From Cyanophora paradoxa CCMP329 (taxonomy: Eukaryota; Plantae; Glaucophyta), in NCBI GenBank assembly GCA_004431415.1, contig QPMI01000150.1, positions 1-64,000 on the forward strand: a DNA stretch of 64,000 bases, written 5' to 3'. Positions 13,108-25,700 of this stretch are shown here, in pieces (the stretch's first letter is position 1; the number at the start of each line of letters is the position of its first letter). The position numbers were made by a program, and so were the translations under genes. The notes beneath the pieces were generated by a model. That model saw only the letters and a list, made by a program, of their open reading frames with translations, searched no databases and was not told the origin of the DNA.

Positions 13108-14887
13108 CCGTGTAATACTTTATTACCGCGCTGACATAACTACTGCGCTACCATATTACTAGTACTGCGCTCAAAATTTTAGGAACGCACTGCAGCTGCG
13201 GCAGTATTTTGGTAGCGCAGTATTACGTTTTTTTTTTAGAGACTACGGTGGGGCGAACCCCCCGTATACGTAGCTATCATATAGTATAGGTAGTGATATT
13301 GAGGACAACAAAGCAATCACAAATCAAAGATACATACAAATCAAATCAAAGCTTAAGGTAAGCTCGATACCGGACCGCCGCCTTTGCCTTCGTCTTCTGC
13401 TTCGCTGGTCGTATCCCGCCGGCGCCGGCGTACTTCGTCTTATAGTTTAGTTCGGTCTAGTTCGGATTCTGATCGTAGTGTTGATGCTAGAGTTAGTTTC
13501 AATACTAGCTATAGTCCTCGTGCTCGACCTGTTGTTCGCCGTCGTTTGCAGTTCGACTGCCCGTCTCGACCCCGGTCGGCTTTAGTGATTCCTTTGACTG
13601 TCCTTTTGCCTGCTCTTGATCCGCCTGCTCCGCCTCCTGTGTCCTCCTCGACCTTGTGCCGTAGCTCTGCCCTTTCGCGTCGTCCTGCTTCGCCTCCGCC
13701 TCCGCGTCGTCTTGTTGTTCCTCTTACTTGTCTGCTTCCTGTTATTTATCTTTCTCAAATTTGTCCTCCGCTTCTTAGTGATGTAATTCCTTCCGATATT
13801 GATGGTATCTCTAGCTCTGGCTCTTCTTTGTGTCAGTCATCCTCTGTCCCTAGATCTGCTCGATTTCTCGTCTCTTCTCGATCTGTCTCGAGCTCTGTGT
13901 CTTTTCTTTTTTATTGTCGTTTTTGGCTCTTTGTCTTATCTTTCTTCGTGCTCTTGTCTTAGTTATTTTGCTTTTTTGTCTTTAGGCCCCCTGGGCAGCC
14001 CCCGCAGTGCTGGTGTCTAGAGACTGTGGCCGGTAATTCACCAAAAAAAAAAGCTCGGAACTTGGACTTGACAATTTAGCGTACCCCGGTTCCTGCCCTA
14101 GGTCGGACTTCGTCGCGGCGAAACCGGCGCAAACCGGCTCCCTGGATCTACAAAAAAGCGACCCCGCCTACAAAACTAAGGTAGATAGATGCTAGATGAG
14201 CACAACGGCGCGCTCGCGGCGCATTTGGCACGTTTGTTTTCAAGTTCCCACGTTGCGACGGTTCCCGGCCGGTCTAGTTTGCAGCTGGCACAACGCAGTG
14301 ACAACGGTCAAGTTGAAAAAAAGGCGAGAAAACTTTTGAGTTTCCATTTGCTATTAAGTTAAGACTGGCTATACGCGATCGCCAAGATATGGTAAATCTA
14401 AGTTCCGCGATCGCCAAGAATTAACCTTCCATGTCTATGGCGCCATACAAACGCGTACCGCTGTGAAAGTAGCACAAAATACAGAATCAAGAGGGATCAC
14501 GAGAAGGGACACGATCGATCAGATCTAGAAGAACGCAAAAGATAAGGAGAACGAGCACGAGAAGAAGGAGTAGAAGAGCTCAAGGACGTCGACGCAGAAG
14601 TACTAGTCACACTAGAACGACGAGCCTCCGATGCTCGGAGGAGCATGCGCACGGGGACGCAGCGAATAAGGAGAACGAGCACGATTATTACGTATACCCC
14701 CTTGGCTAACAAATAATCCGTTTTCGAGGCCGATGCATATGGCGCGCCATGGAACGCAGTAGGTTTTATAATTTGGTATGGTAGCGCAGTAAATCGCCTA
14801 TATACAGTATCCGATTATCGGCGCAGAAATTTTAGAACGTTTTATAATTAACGCAGTTTTGTGGCGCAGTAAATAAGTGTTACATGG
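13108..14887. mobile_element. Non-autonomous TIR element with TA target duplication (Tc1/mariner/pogo-like), ~1.78 kb, composite interior
   Basis: Left end TA|CCGTGTAATACTTTATTACCGCGC; right end reverse-complements to TA|CCATGTAACACTTATTTACTGCGC. Subterminal TACTGCGC/GCGCAGTA repeats at both ends. Same TIR family as 56417-56667. Confidence 0.7.
14031..14052 (+). repeat. Single end of the TAGAGACTGTGGCCGGTAATTCAC repeat family (second copy at ~57223-57260)
   Basis: TGGTGTCTAGAGACTGTGGCCGGTAATTCACCAAAAAA is shared exactly with the left arm of the inverted repeat at 57223. No partner end was found here. Confidence 0.7.
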
Positions 14888-15090
14888 TACCCCTACATGT
14901 AAAATTCTTGGCTTTAGCCAGTACTACTCCAGAACTACTAGTAAGTAGCTACCGTAGTACGTATACCTATTACCTAGGAAAAAACCCGGCGCCGGCGCCG
15001 GCCGCCCCGGCGGTCCGGAGTCCGGACTCCCGGAGTCCGGATTCCGGAATCCGGATCCGGCCGCGGCCGCGCCGGGTCCGCGACGGTCCC

Positions 15091-15240
15091 TTTGACGGTT
15101 CGACTTCGCGAAGAGAAGTTGGTTGGTTGCTTCGTTCAACGGTTATTGCTTCGTTAACCTCAGTAACCTTTGAGTCCAAAGTTTTGACGGTTTGACTTCG
15201 TTAAGTGAACTTTTGACGGTTCGACTTCGTAAAGTGAACG
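15091..15240 (+). repeat. Degenerate direct repeats of TTTGACGGTTYGACTTCG, probably TE subterminal repeats
   Basis: Three copies at ~15091, ~15183 and ~15212; the last two are followed by AAGTGAAC. Confidence 0.6.
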
Positions 15241-15906
15241 GATCTTAACTTCTACATCAATACCGGTATCTTCGACGTCGACGAATCTAAACGTAGGAAT
15301 CTTCGACGTCGACAGCGTCTTTATTTCGTCTATATTCGTCAGGCCTGCACTGTGGCGAATATTTGAAACTCTTGAACGGAAATTTTGTATCGAGAGGGGT
15401 ACTAACGGCTGACCCGTCTATGGCGGAGTCGCAGGGCTGACGAAACTTTGATGCTGTACGTATACATGTCGAACCATATTTTCGTCACGATTTTCGGGTT
15501 TTGTCGAAATTAAGTCTCGACGAAAATTTCTACGTTTAACAGTATACGTAATGACCGTCGGACAGCAGCACTGACCGTCCTACGCCGTGCGGTCACGGCC
15601 CGACTCACGGGCCCGGGGTAGACCGTCGGACTGCTAACTATATATATAAGCCTTGAAGAGCTCGAGTCAATGAAGACTGGTACCGGTCGACGTCCGGGGT
15701 GACGGCGGGGTCACGTCCCGACTCGGCGAGTCCGTAGTAGTACTCCGTACCGTAGTACTACTGACTCCGTACTAGAGTCCGTAGTACACTCCCCATGGGC
15801 ATGGCCGTAGAAGCGTTCCGAAAGTTCCGCCGGGCCGTGCCTTCCGTCGCACCCCCCTATAGCTAGGCCTACAGCCAGGCTGGGCTGCAGGCTGCAGCAC
15901 TGCGGC

Positions 15907-18900
15907 ATGGCGCACCGCCTTATGTTAACGTTGCGGGCGCTCTGTGTTGCCCTCGCGGTTGCACATGTACAAGGCGCGCTGACGTCGGTCGCGGGAACCG
16001 TCGCCCCCGGCGGCTACATTGCCACCTCGACCGAATCTTCGGTCACGTTTGACACAAAATCCGGATCTTACATGGGATTCCGCGAGATAGCCATTTGGTG
16101 CGTGTGCGACAACCGTTTGCAGCCTGCCGCCGCGCCGATGCGCATATGCATGCATTCGCATCGATAGCTAGCTATATAGCTGTACATGTAGACATGTACA
16201 ATGACCGCTTTTCCGAGGGCCTGCCGCTGGCCATGGAGATGGATACGTTTACTATGATATCTATATATATATATGCATATGCAATCGCCGATCTCGAGTC
16301 GCAGGACGTTGACAGCGGACAATCCCTCGGATCGCGTCCAGTTCACGTTCACGTCCGTTGACACCGCGGTTTTTACCGAGACGTTCATTCGGGTTCGAAT
16401 TCGTCGTTGATGCATGCGCATATGTATTTGATGCCATAAAGCTTAAGACCCATACACGCACATGATGTCCGCACCTCATGCATAAGACGTCAACCAGGTG
16501 ATCGACATGTCCTCTTCGCCCGTCCTCCTTGCGAATATGATCGACGCCAACGCGCTCCCAACCTTCACAAGCTCAGCGGACACGCTCTGGATCATCGGGT
16601 CTAGTCCGTGCTCGAATAATTGGAGGGTAAGATTCAACGCCACATACAAGAGCGTGGCCTCCACTGGTGTGTTATCTTTCCTGTCCCTGTGTGTTCTGGT
16701 GTGGTCGTGTGTTATCCCTAGGCCTAGCTATAGGCCTGTTGTCCGCCCGAAAACAACCGTTGAAACAAACAACCGATCTAACTCCTGCATGCTCTTCGCA
16801 ATCGATGACAGTGCCGGCGAGCCCCGCGGGGACAGTTATCACCGGTTCAAATGATCCTCCTAGAACCTACAACATATCGGTGGTCAACCTTCCACCTCGG
16901 GAACAAACAGCGGTTAGCTTGCCACGTCTGTATGACCCCTTCTACTTGCGCATGTGGCAAGCCCCTTTCTTTGATTTTCGACATTACACAATCATTAATA
17001 TTAATATTGATGACACAATCATTCATGATCAGGAACATCAAGCAGCAGCTGTCTTCTGCTGGCTGCACTGTCGCCGCCGGACTGACGATTTCAGTTTTTG
17101 CTGTCAACACCGAAGACAGTGGCCCCACATTCTTCTGCGATACGGTTTTCGTGAGTTCCGCTGTATATATACTATAGACAGACAGAGCTCGAGATTAGAG
17201 TCTCATGCGGCATGCGTATACGTAGTTCTTTGAAATCAAGCCGGCGTCGCGCCCGGGGCCTGCAGCCGTGACTCTTCTCGCCGCGAACGGCAGCGCCTCC
17301 GCCACGCCCTTCTCGCTGACGATCGCCCCCGGTGCCGAAATGCTCGTCGTCTTCACGTCCGAAGGAGCCTCTCGGGGCCCCGATGCTGCACTCCCTGGCC
17401 TCAACGCGACAGTCTCAGCTCCTGTAGACGGTGCGGACTCATTGTAGTGTACACGTGATCACAATCGTAGCCTATAGCTAACCCTCGAGCTCGTTGCAAC
17501 TGCGTGGCAAATGAAAAGTCTGCCCAACGCCGTCCCCCTCAAGCTCCCCTACTCCCAGGTGTGTTCGATTTCTTTAACATTTATAATTGAACATAATATG
17601 ATACATGCGCATGCACCTTTCCGCTTTTGTTTGATCTAATTATTATGCGATCAAGCCCGTCCCCTTCGCCCTCGCCCTCCGCGCCTCCTACGCCGTCGCC
17701 GTCGCCGTCGCCGAGCTCGGGCTCGGGCCTCTCCCCCTCCCCTTCGCCTCCGATTGCCCCTCCTCCTCCCGTCTCTGCTTCGAATTCCCCGTCTCCCACT
17801 CCTCCAATCGCGAGGTATGTATACGTACGCGTACCCCTTTAATTGCAAATTGAGAGCGGCGCCGGCGCCGGTCATTCAATTCGAATTTTGAATTTGGCTC
17901 GTGCATGCACAGTGCGCATGCTCCGGATCCGACTCCGATCGTGACGTCGACGCCTTCGCCCCTGCCATCGACGCCCCCTGCGGCCGCCGTCATCCCCGCG
18001 CTGGTCCGGACGTTGCCTTTCTGAATCGTTTCGACATTGCCATTCAATTGATTGAATATCGACGCGCAGCCTGTGTTCTCATCTCCCTCTGCGGTTGTCG
18101 TCATCAAAGGGATTTCGGTTCGAGCTCATGCGTATGATGAAGCTCCAGTACTAGTTGCAGCCGCGTTTGTTGTTGAAGAGAATCACCGCAGCTCAACATC
18201 TCCAAGTTTCAAGAAGTGAAGGACGCGACCGGCGCCATCCTCTTCTATAAGCTGGACCTTAAACTGGAAGGGATCTCCGCGCTTGGCTCCGCGCCCGAGG
18301 TTAGTGTGGAAATCCACGCGTGCACGTGCACGACATGTACACTATAGCTATAGCTGCGTATACCTCGAATTCGAACCAGATCTGACCTCGAACGTTGCTG
18401 CAGACAGGATCTGTCGAAGATATCACCGTCCCAATGTCAAACAACTTCTTCCAGGCAAACGCTCTGCAACCCTAGGACTAGGCCTTCCATTTCGCTCTCT
18501 CTGCAACCCCATGGCCAGCCTAAGCCTTTAAGGCCTTGCGTTAATTGACCTAGCTTAGTAGACGAGCTCTGCTGAGATGGATCTCGCAGCCGGACCAGCA
18601 AGTTGTCGTGTACATCAGCGACGCAGCGGGCAATAGAGCTCAGGCAACGGAGGTGAGCGTCAAGCAGGCTGGCTCGGGCGTCGTCCTCAGATTCAGTACG
18701 CGCCACTCCAGTTTTGATTAATGATAATATTCTAACTAGCTATAGAGCCACCAATCGGTATTAATATATATATTATGTTATTGTCGCCTCACGCTAACTG
18801 AATCACACCGGTATACTTACCCTCACATGTACAGAGGCTCCCAAGATGCGAGCTTCGCGCCGGCAGGTGTTGGCACGCCACCTCTTATTCTCAATCAATA

Positions 18901-19363
18901 CCCCGGTACGTCTCGTAGAAAACGTGTTCTGGCACCAACAAGAATCAAATGCATATCATCATGACGTCGACTCCTGACTTCATGCTGCGCAGTACGACGT
19001 CCGCATTGAGGCTGCCCCTGGGCAACCCCCCTTCGTCCCGCTGGTCCTTGCGAATGTGCGAATATCTGCTCGCGATCGATTACAAGCGTTCATAAATGTA
19101 TCGGCTTAATCCTGGCCATGGCGCCTTCGTAGGCCTTCCAATGGAATCCAGTTGGTGCCAGCTACGTCCTCCCTTATCTTCCGTATCTGAGTGCTGCGAC
19201 ACCGGCGGCGCCCTTCAGCTCAACGGTCGCGGTGAGCTCTTTGAGCCTCGGAGTCTCGAAGTCACATCGAGTGAACACCTATATCGATACCGTGCGCATG
19301 CAGGCTCTCTGTGCTCTGATCGTCTGCGCGGTCGCCGCACTTCTCGCTCATCGCAACACTTGA
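15907..19363 (+). CDS. Secreted surface glycoprotein A: signal peptide, two CUB-like domains, Ser-Pro stalk, C-terminal hydrophobic (GPI/TM-like) tail
   Basis: MAHRLMLTLRALCVALAVAHVQG signal. W|TLTADNPSDRVQFTF, FTSSADTLWII..RFNATY and EMLVVFTSEG..GLNATV resemble CUB. (SP)n at ~17654-17810. Ends ALCALIVCAVAALLAHRNT*. Introns are AT-rich; the exon chain is only partly resolved. Confidence 0.65.
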
Positions 19364-19966
19364 CGACCCCGCTGTCAAGATGTACAGCACTGCGGCATAT
19401 AGGGGCCGAGATAAATATCAACTTTGGATTCGAATTCGACGCTTCAAGGCTTGCAATTGTATATCGATATCATAGTATGCATATGGTGCTGCCATATATG
19501 GTCATCGAGGAGTCGACGTCATATCACGATCCTCGCGATCGCGAGCTGCAATTGCAATTTCGCTGTCGATTATGTAATTAGGATCCGGAGTTGCTTAAGC
19601 TGATTATGTAATTGATATCGATTCAGCTCTAGTTCAAGATCGCTAGAACGACGTCGACATATAAACATTCGATGAGTAGCCCTGCCGGGCCAGTCCGCGG
19701 CACTCGGCTGCTCCACGGGCGCAGGAGCCGCCCGGGGGGGGGGGGGGGGGGGGGGGGGGGCGGGCGCCGGCGCGGCCCCTGTGCCGAGAAGCACCGCGGC
19801 ACCGCGCCCCGGGCCCGTGCACGTGGAGCCCATTGGCACGGATCTTGCACTTCCCGCCGCGCTGCCCACCCCCGGACCCGCCACGCGCCCGGCGGCAAGT
19901 GCGGTAGCGCGCGGGCGCAGAAAAAGGCGAAGCGCGTTCGCGCACACACACGCGTCCTACGGCTGC

Positions 19967-22436
19967 CTACAGCTCGTCGTGGTCGACAGGCGGCGCCGCG
20001 GCCGCCGCGAGCGCCGCCTCCGCCTCCGCCTTGGAGCACGCCGCCGGCGTCTCGAAGACAAAGAGGTAGACGCACCTGCCGGGATTCGAAGCCCGCGTCG
20101 GTCCCGGAGGGGGGCGGGGCGCGGGTTCGAGTCCGGGAGGGGGCCGGCGCGCACTTGTTCGGCTCGGAGACCGACTTGAGCTCGTTCTTGGCGCCGCAGA
20201 CCAGGTCGACCTGCGCGGGGGTACGTACAGGTCAGGGGGGCGGGAACGGGGGCCAAACAAGGGGATACGCGGCGCGCACGTCGGCCTCGCGCTTGGGGCC
20301 GTTCCAGCACTGCTGCCCCTCGCGGAACTCCATGCGCTTGTACCCGTTGCTCCACTTGCTCCACTTGCTGCGGCCGCGCGTCAGCTCTCGTCGCCCCGCG
20401 ACGCGCGCCCCCCGGTAACCCCCTCGAGGCGCGCACCCCAGGTTGACGGTATCGCTGTACCCGATCTTCTGGGAGGCCTTGTCGAAGGGGCAGATCTCGT
20501 AGGTGTACCTGGGGCGGGGGCGGCGTCACGAAGCGCCCCCCTAGGCGAGGCCGGGAGGGGTACGGCGCACTCGGGGGTCTTCAGGCTGAAGCACTGCCCG
20601 TTGATGCCGTGGAACTCCTTCTCGGGACCTGGAGCCCGGGGCCGGGATCGGACTCGGGGCGGCGGCGGAGAGGGGAGGGGCGGGGCGGGGAGGGGGGCGG
20701 CGGGGGGGCGCACCGAAGTCGGTGGTGGTGAGCTTCTCGAGGCGCGACATGTCCTCTTCCATCCGCCGCTTCTCGTCGCTCGCCGCGTCCAGCTCCCCCT
20801 TCAGCTTCTCGACCGCTGCGGCGGGGGCGTCAGGCGGGGCCCCCGGCGCGACCCGAGCGGCGGAGGCGGTTCTATGGTGGATGAACCTGAGGGGAAAAGC
20901 TTTGGGGGCGTGGCGCGCGTGATCTTGGCGCGGAGCCAGAGGAACAGGCGCTCGGGGAGCTCGGCGACGGTTTGGAGGGCCCCCAGGAACCCCTTCAGCC
21001 GCGGCCGCCGCCGCCTCTCGTACTCTAGCTCTGGGTCCGGGCTGGCGCTAGGCGCCGCCTCCGCGTGGCTAGCCTCCTCTGGCTCTTCTTCCTCTTCCGG
21101 CTCCCCCTCCCCCTCATCTCCCCCGGGCCCTACGGGGACGCTAAAGAGGGAAGCGCGAGGGCGCCGGGGGCGGCGCACCCTGGTCGTGCTGGGTGGGGTA
21201 CTCGTGCAGCTCCTTGACCTCGGGGAGGGGCGGAGTCGGCTCCGGCGTCGCCGCCGCCGCCGCCTCGGCGGCCGCCTCGGGCGCGGCGCCCTCCGCCGCC
21301 GCCGGCGGCGGCGGCGCGGTCGTCTCTGCTCGCGTGGCGCGTCACGAAGGGAAAGGGACCGGCATCCGGGCTGGCTTCGAAGGCGGCGCACCGGCGGGGG
21401 CGGGCGTGGCCTCCGCGGCGCGCTTGGCCTCCTCCGCCTGGCGCCGCTCCTCGTCCGCCTTGCGCTGGACCTCGCGCTCCTTGTTCTGCAGGTCCTCCGC
21501 CTCCTTCTTCTTCGCTGCGCCGCCCCCGCCGCGCTCACAGAGGAAGGAAAGGAGAGGAGCGGGAAGAAAGGAGAAGACCGACCCTCGATGGTGGCGACGA
21601 TGCCCTTCTGCGCCTCGAGGCGCAGGCGCAGGTCGATCATCTTCTCCTCCGCCTCAGCGACCGCGCGGCGGCCCTCCTCCGACCACCGCGCCTTCACCTC
21701 GGCGCCCTGCGCCCCGCCGGAGCGATTCAGACGGGCGCGGCCTGCGGACCGAGCCTGCGGGCCCCGGGCACCTCGGCGAAGAGCCTCGCAGCATCGGCGG
21801 CCTTCTTTCGCGCCTCCGCGCCCTTCTCCAGGCACGCCTGCGGGCAGCTGCCGCTCCTCCACTCGTCCGAGCCGTCGCAGCAGTCTGCCGGCCAGATCCC
21901 GGTCGGCGCCGGCGCGGTGTCGCGTCCACGGGACGGGAGCGCACCGCAGATGCCGTCGTCGACGCGGGAGGAGGGGATAAAGTGGCCCTCGTGCCCGCGG
22001 TTGACGCACCAGAACCTTCCTTTCGGCGAACACGCCGATGTTCCTGGAGTGCGGCGTTCACGCGAGCTAAAGCACAACGAGGAGGTAAGGAGGAGGCGTA
22101 CCAGGCTCGTCGCTGCCGTCCGCGCAGTCTGCGGGGGCGGGCGGCCCAGATGAGAAAGCAGGGATCGTCCGGGGGAATAGCTGCGCGACGAACCGCAGTA
22201 GTCGTCGTTGACGCGCTCGAAGGCGATCGTCTTAGACTTGTCGAGACACGTAAACTTGCCATCGCTCGAGGAGTACGCGGCTGCGTCTGCGCGGAGTCGG
22301 CTGGGGCCCAACGAGAGCGCGTATCATCGCGCTCACCGGCTTTCGACACGCCACGCGGCCTGCTCTGGACCGGGGCCGCCGCCACGGCCGCGCAGATCAC
22401 GGCCGCGAGAACGGCCGCGAAGACGAGCCTCCTCAT
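19967..22436 (-). CDS. PRKCSH: Glucosidase II beta subunit (PRKCSH/GTB1)
   Basis: Signal peptide, FTCLDKSKTIAFERVNDDYC|DCADGSDEP, SSRVDDGIC|DCCDGSDE, MRH domain (YTYEICPF, GQQCWNGPKR) and C-terminal HDEL*. Confidence 0.96.
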
Positions 22437-22750
22437 CTCACCGCGCCCTGTGATGCTGCTCCTCCTCGCACCCGCTTCTCGGTTTCGCTCGCGGTGCTGA
22501 GCTTCCGGGTTCGCAGGGGGGGATACTTGAGCGCGGGGTACAAGCTTCGATTCGTGTGTCGTCTGAGCTCGCCGAGTCAGCCACGGTCAGGTGTCAGCCG
22601 GACATTCGCTTCACTCCAAAAACATCGCAACAGTTCACGGATCACACTTATCAGTCGCTGCTCTAACTTCAGTCGTTTCCAGCCACAACCGGCAGCAACC
22701 AAAAGCAGCGAGAGAGGACGCGACCCACCAGGAGCGGCAATCGCTTGAAA

Positions 22751-25700
22751 ATGACTCTTACCAACGATCCCATGGCAGTCGACGCCGCGCCCGCCGCCCA
22801 GTCGACGAGCGTCGAGCTCAGCAGCATGAGCGAGTTCAACGCCTACCGATTTAACGCCGAGATCAGCACGTACCTTCTGGTGCGCATGTGCATGTCCACA
22901 TGAACGCTCGCTTCCTTTGCCGCTCGCTGGAAAGCCGTACCGCGCCGCGCGGCCTAGAACCGAATGTGGCTCTGATCAGAGCGCTCACTTGTGCTTCCGC
23001 GGCTGGCCGGCTGGGGCGTCTCGGCGTCCTGTTTCGGCCCTCTGATCCGGCATGCGCAGATTCATATCAAGGCTCCGGATGCCTCGGAGGCGACCAACCG
23101 GGCCCCGATCCGCGTGTCGGCGGTGCTCGACCGCTCGGGCTCAATGTCGGGAGCGAAGCTCGAGCTCTGCAAGGGGAGCATCGCCTTCGCGCTCCGCCAG
23201 CTGAAACACCAGGTCCGTATGCGCCCGCGTCGCTCCCAATCTCGCCCGTGCCTCGCTCGGCGCGCCTGACTGTTCTGCGCGCAGGACAAGCTCGGCGTGA
23301 TCACCTACGACGACACCGTGGACGTCTGCGTCGCCCTCAAGCCGATGGACGCCGCGAACAAGCAGGGTGAGCGCTGGCCCCGTCTCCGTGGAATTTGATC
23401 TCCGCGCCCCTCGCTGACGCCGCCGGCGCCGGCAGACGCGCTGAACTCGGTGAAGGAGATCCGGGACGGAGGGTGCACGAACCTCGCGGGCGGGCTCGTC
23501 GCCGGCATCCGCCAGACGGCCGGCCTCAAGCCCGTCGAGGACGGCCTCCGCGGCGTGCGCCGCCGCGCGCACCCCGCCGTCCAGCAGCAGGCCCGCCCTC
23601 TCCCCGCGCACCGAGCGCCAGCGCGCCCGCCCTGACGCCGCCGCTCGCAGATGGCGTTCCCGCGCACGCCGATGCGGCGGCCGCCGTCGCCGGGCGTGCC
23701 GCTGGGGCGTGCCCCCGACGCCGACGGCAACTACCGCATGCGCGTCCTCATCGGCAACGACTACGTCTTCGACCCGGTGCGCCCGCCCGCGCCGCCTCTG
23801 CGCCGGCCCCGATCGCATTCGCTCGCGGCCTCATGCGACGGCGCGCGCGCAGCCGAACGTGATCTCGCGGATGGTGCAGAGCGTGCTCCCCGGCAAGCCG
23901 ACGAACGAGCACAAGTGGACGCTCTTCGTGCGGGCGGCCGAGGACGGCGCCTCGCCCTTCCCCTTCGTCAAGCGCGCCGAGTTCCACCTGCACCCGAGCT
24001 TCAAGCCCTCGCTGGTCGCCGTCGAGGGCTCTTCCGCCTTCGAGCTCACCCGCCGCGGCTGGGGCACCTTCCAGGTGCCCCCGCCCTTCCGCCCGCCCCG
24101 CCCCGCCCCGCCCCGCCCCGGCTCCGACCGACCGGCCCGGCCGCCCGCAGGTGAAGGTCGTGCTGACGCTGTACGACGGGAGCCAGCGGACCTTCACGCA
24201 CGGGCTCTCATTCGACGGGAACGGGGCGGCCGCCGAGCACACCCTCGAGCTCCCCGCCTCCGCCGTCGCCCCTCAGCAGGCGCAGGCGCCCCCGTCGCCA
24301 CCCCAGGGCCTCTTCGGCCCCGGCGCCGCCCCCGTCGCAAACCAAGCCGCTGCCCCGCCCGCCTTTGCCCTGAACGCCGCGGCGCCCCCGGCCCAGGGCC
24401 TCTTCTCCTTCGGCTCCGCGCCGGCACCGGCCGCGAACCAGGCCCCCGCCCCGCCCTCGGGCGTCATCCAGCAGCAGCAACAGCAGCAGCAGCAGCAGCA
24501 GGAGCCGGCAGCCGCGGCCTCGTCCTTGGCCCCGGCGCCGGCGCCGGCTGGCGAGAAGGTGGCCGACCCGCCCGCGGAGGGCGAGGTGGTGCGTCACCGC
24601 CCCCTGCACCCCTCCCGGGCCAGGGGGCTGACGGCGGCGGCGGGGGGCAGGTCTCGTGCATGCTGTTCACGGACGGGCTGGCGAACGTGGGCGCGCAGTC
24701 GGCGGAGGACGTGATCAAGGAGATGCGCGCCGCGCTCGCCCTCTCCCCCTCCTGCTCCGTCTTCACCTTCGGCTACGGCGCCGACCACAACCCCGACATG
24801 ATGAAGTGCGGCGCCCCCCTCCGCCCCGCCCCGCCCCCCCCGCCCCTGACCCGGCGCCGCGCGCAGGGCGATCGCGGATGCCGGCCGCGGCGTCTACTAC
24901 TACGTCAGTCAGGAGAGCGGTGCGGCCTTAGCCCCCTTGGCCCCTCGCGCGCCCCCGCCCTCGCCCGGCCTCACGCCCGCGCAGAGATCCCTGGGGCGTT
25001 CGCGGACTGCCTGGGGGGCCTCGTCTCCGTCTGCGCCCAGTCGCTGGCCCTCTCCATCACGGGCCTCAACGGGGCCCGCGTCGAGGAGGTCGTCACGGCG
25101 TACCCCACGGCGCAGGACGGGGCCGCCTCGGTCGTCTCCATCCCGGACCTCTACTCCGAGGAGGAGCGCGACGTGCTCGTCCGCGTCACCCTCCCCGCCC
25201 TCGCCAACCCCGTCGGTCCGCCCTTCTCCTCCTCCTCCTCTTCTTCTGGGGCCTCGGCCTCTCAACGCCGCCGGCAGAGGAGATCGGGGCGCTGCGGCTG
25301 GTGCTGAACTACCGGAACCTCCTCACCGGCGCGGCGGGCGCCTCGTGCGACCTGACGGCCACCGTCAGCCGCCCCGCCGAGGTCCCCCCCCACATGCTGG
25401 TGCGCCCCACGCGCGGCGGCCGCCCCGCCCCGGGCCTGCTGAACGGAGCGCTGACGGGCGCGCTCGCTCGCTCGGCAGCGGGCGGCGGCGGTGGACCGGC
25501 AGGTGAACCGCGTGGAGACGGCGCGCGCCCTCGAGCGCAGCAAGGAGCTCGGCCGCCTCGGCCGGGTGCGCGTGCCCCCAGCCCGCCCGCCCCCTCGATC
25601 CGACCGATTCCGCCGCTCACCCGGGGCCGGCGCAGCTGGACGAGGCGCGGGCGGTGCTGAACGCGGCCGTCGAGACGATCGTGAACTCGCCCTCGGCGAA

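Noticed and set aside
13243-13275. Helitron 3' hairpin (GGGGCGAACCCC)
   Set aside because: No CTRR terminus at the expected distance and no matching 5' end was found.
13384-13962. 192-aa Ser/Arg/Pro-rich ORF as a host gene
   Set aside because: It starts at TTG, lies inside a TIR element, and is open mainly because the strand is A-poor. No domain motif is visible.
20860-21010. Lower-GC stretch in the glucosidase II beta gene as a hidden ncRNA
   Set aside because: It reads in frame as an amphipathic coding segment, and no C/D boxes with a guide were seen.
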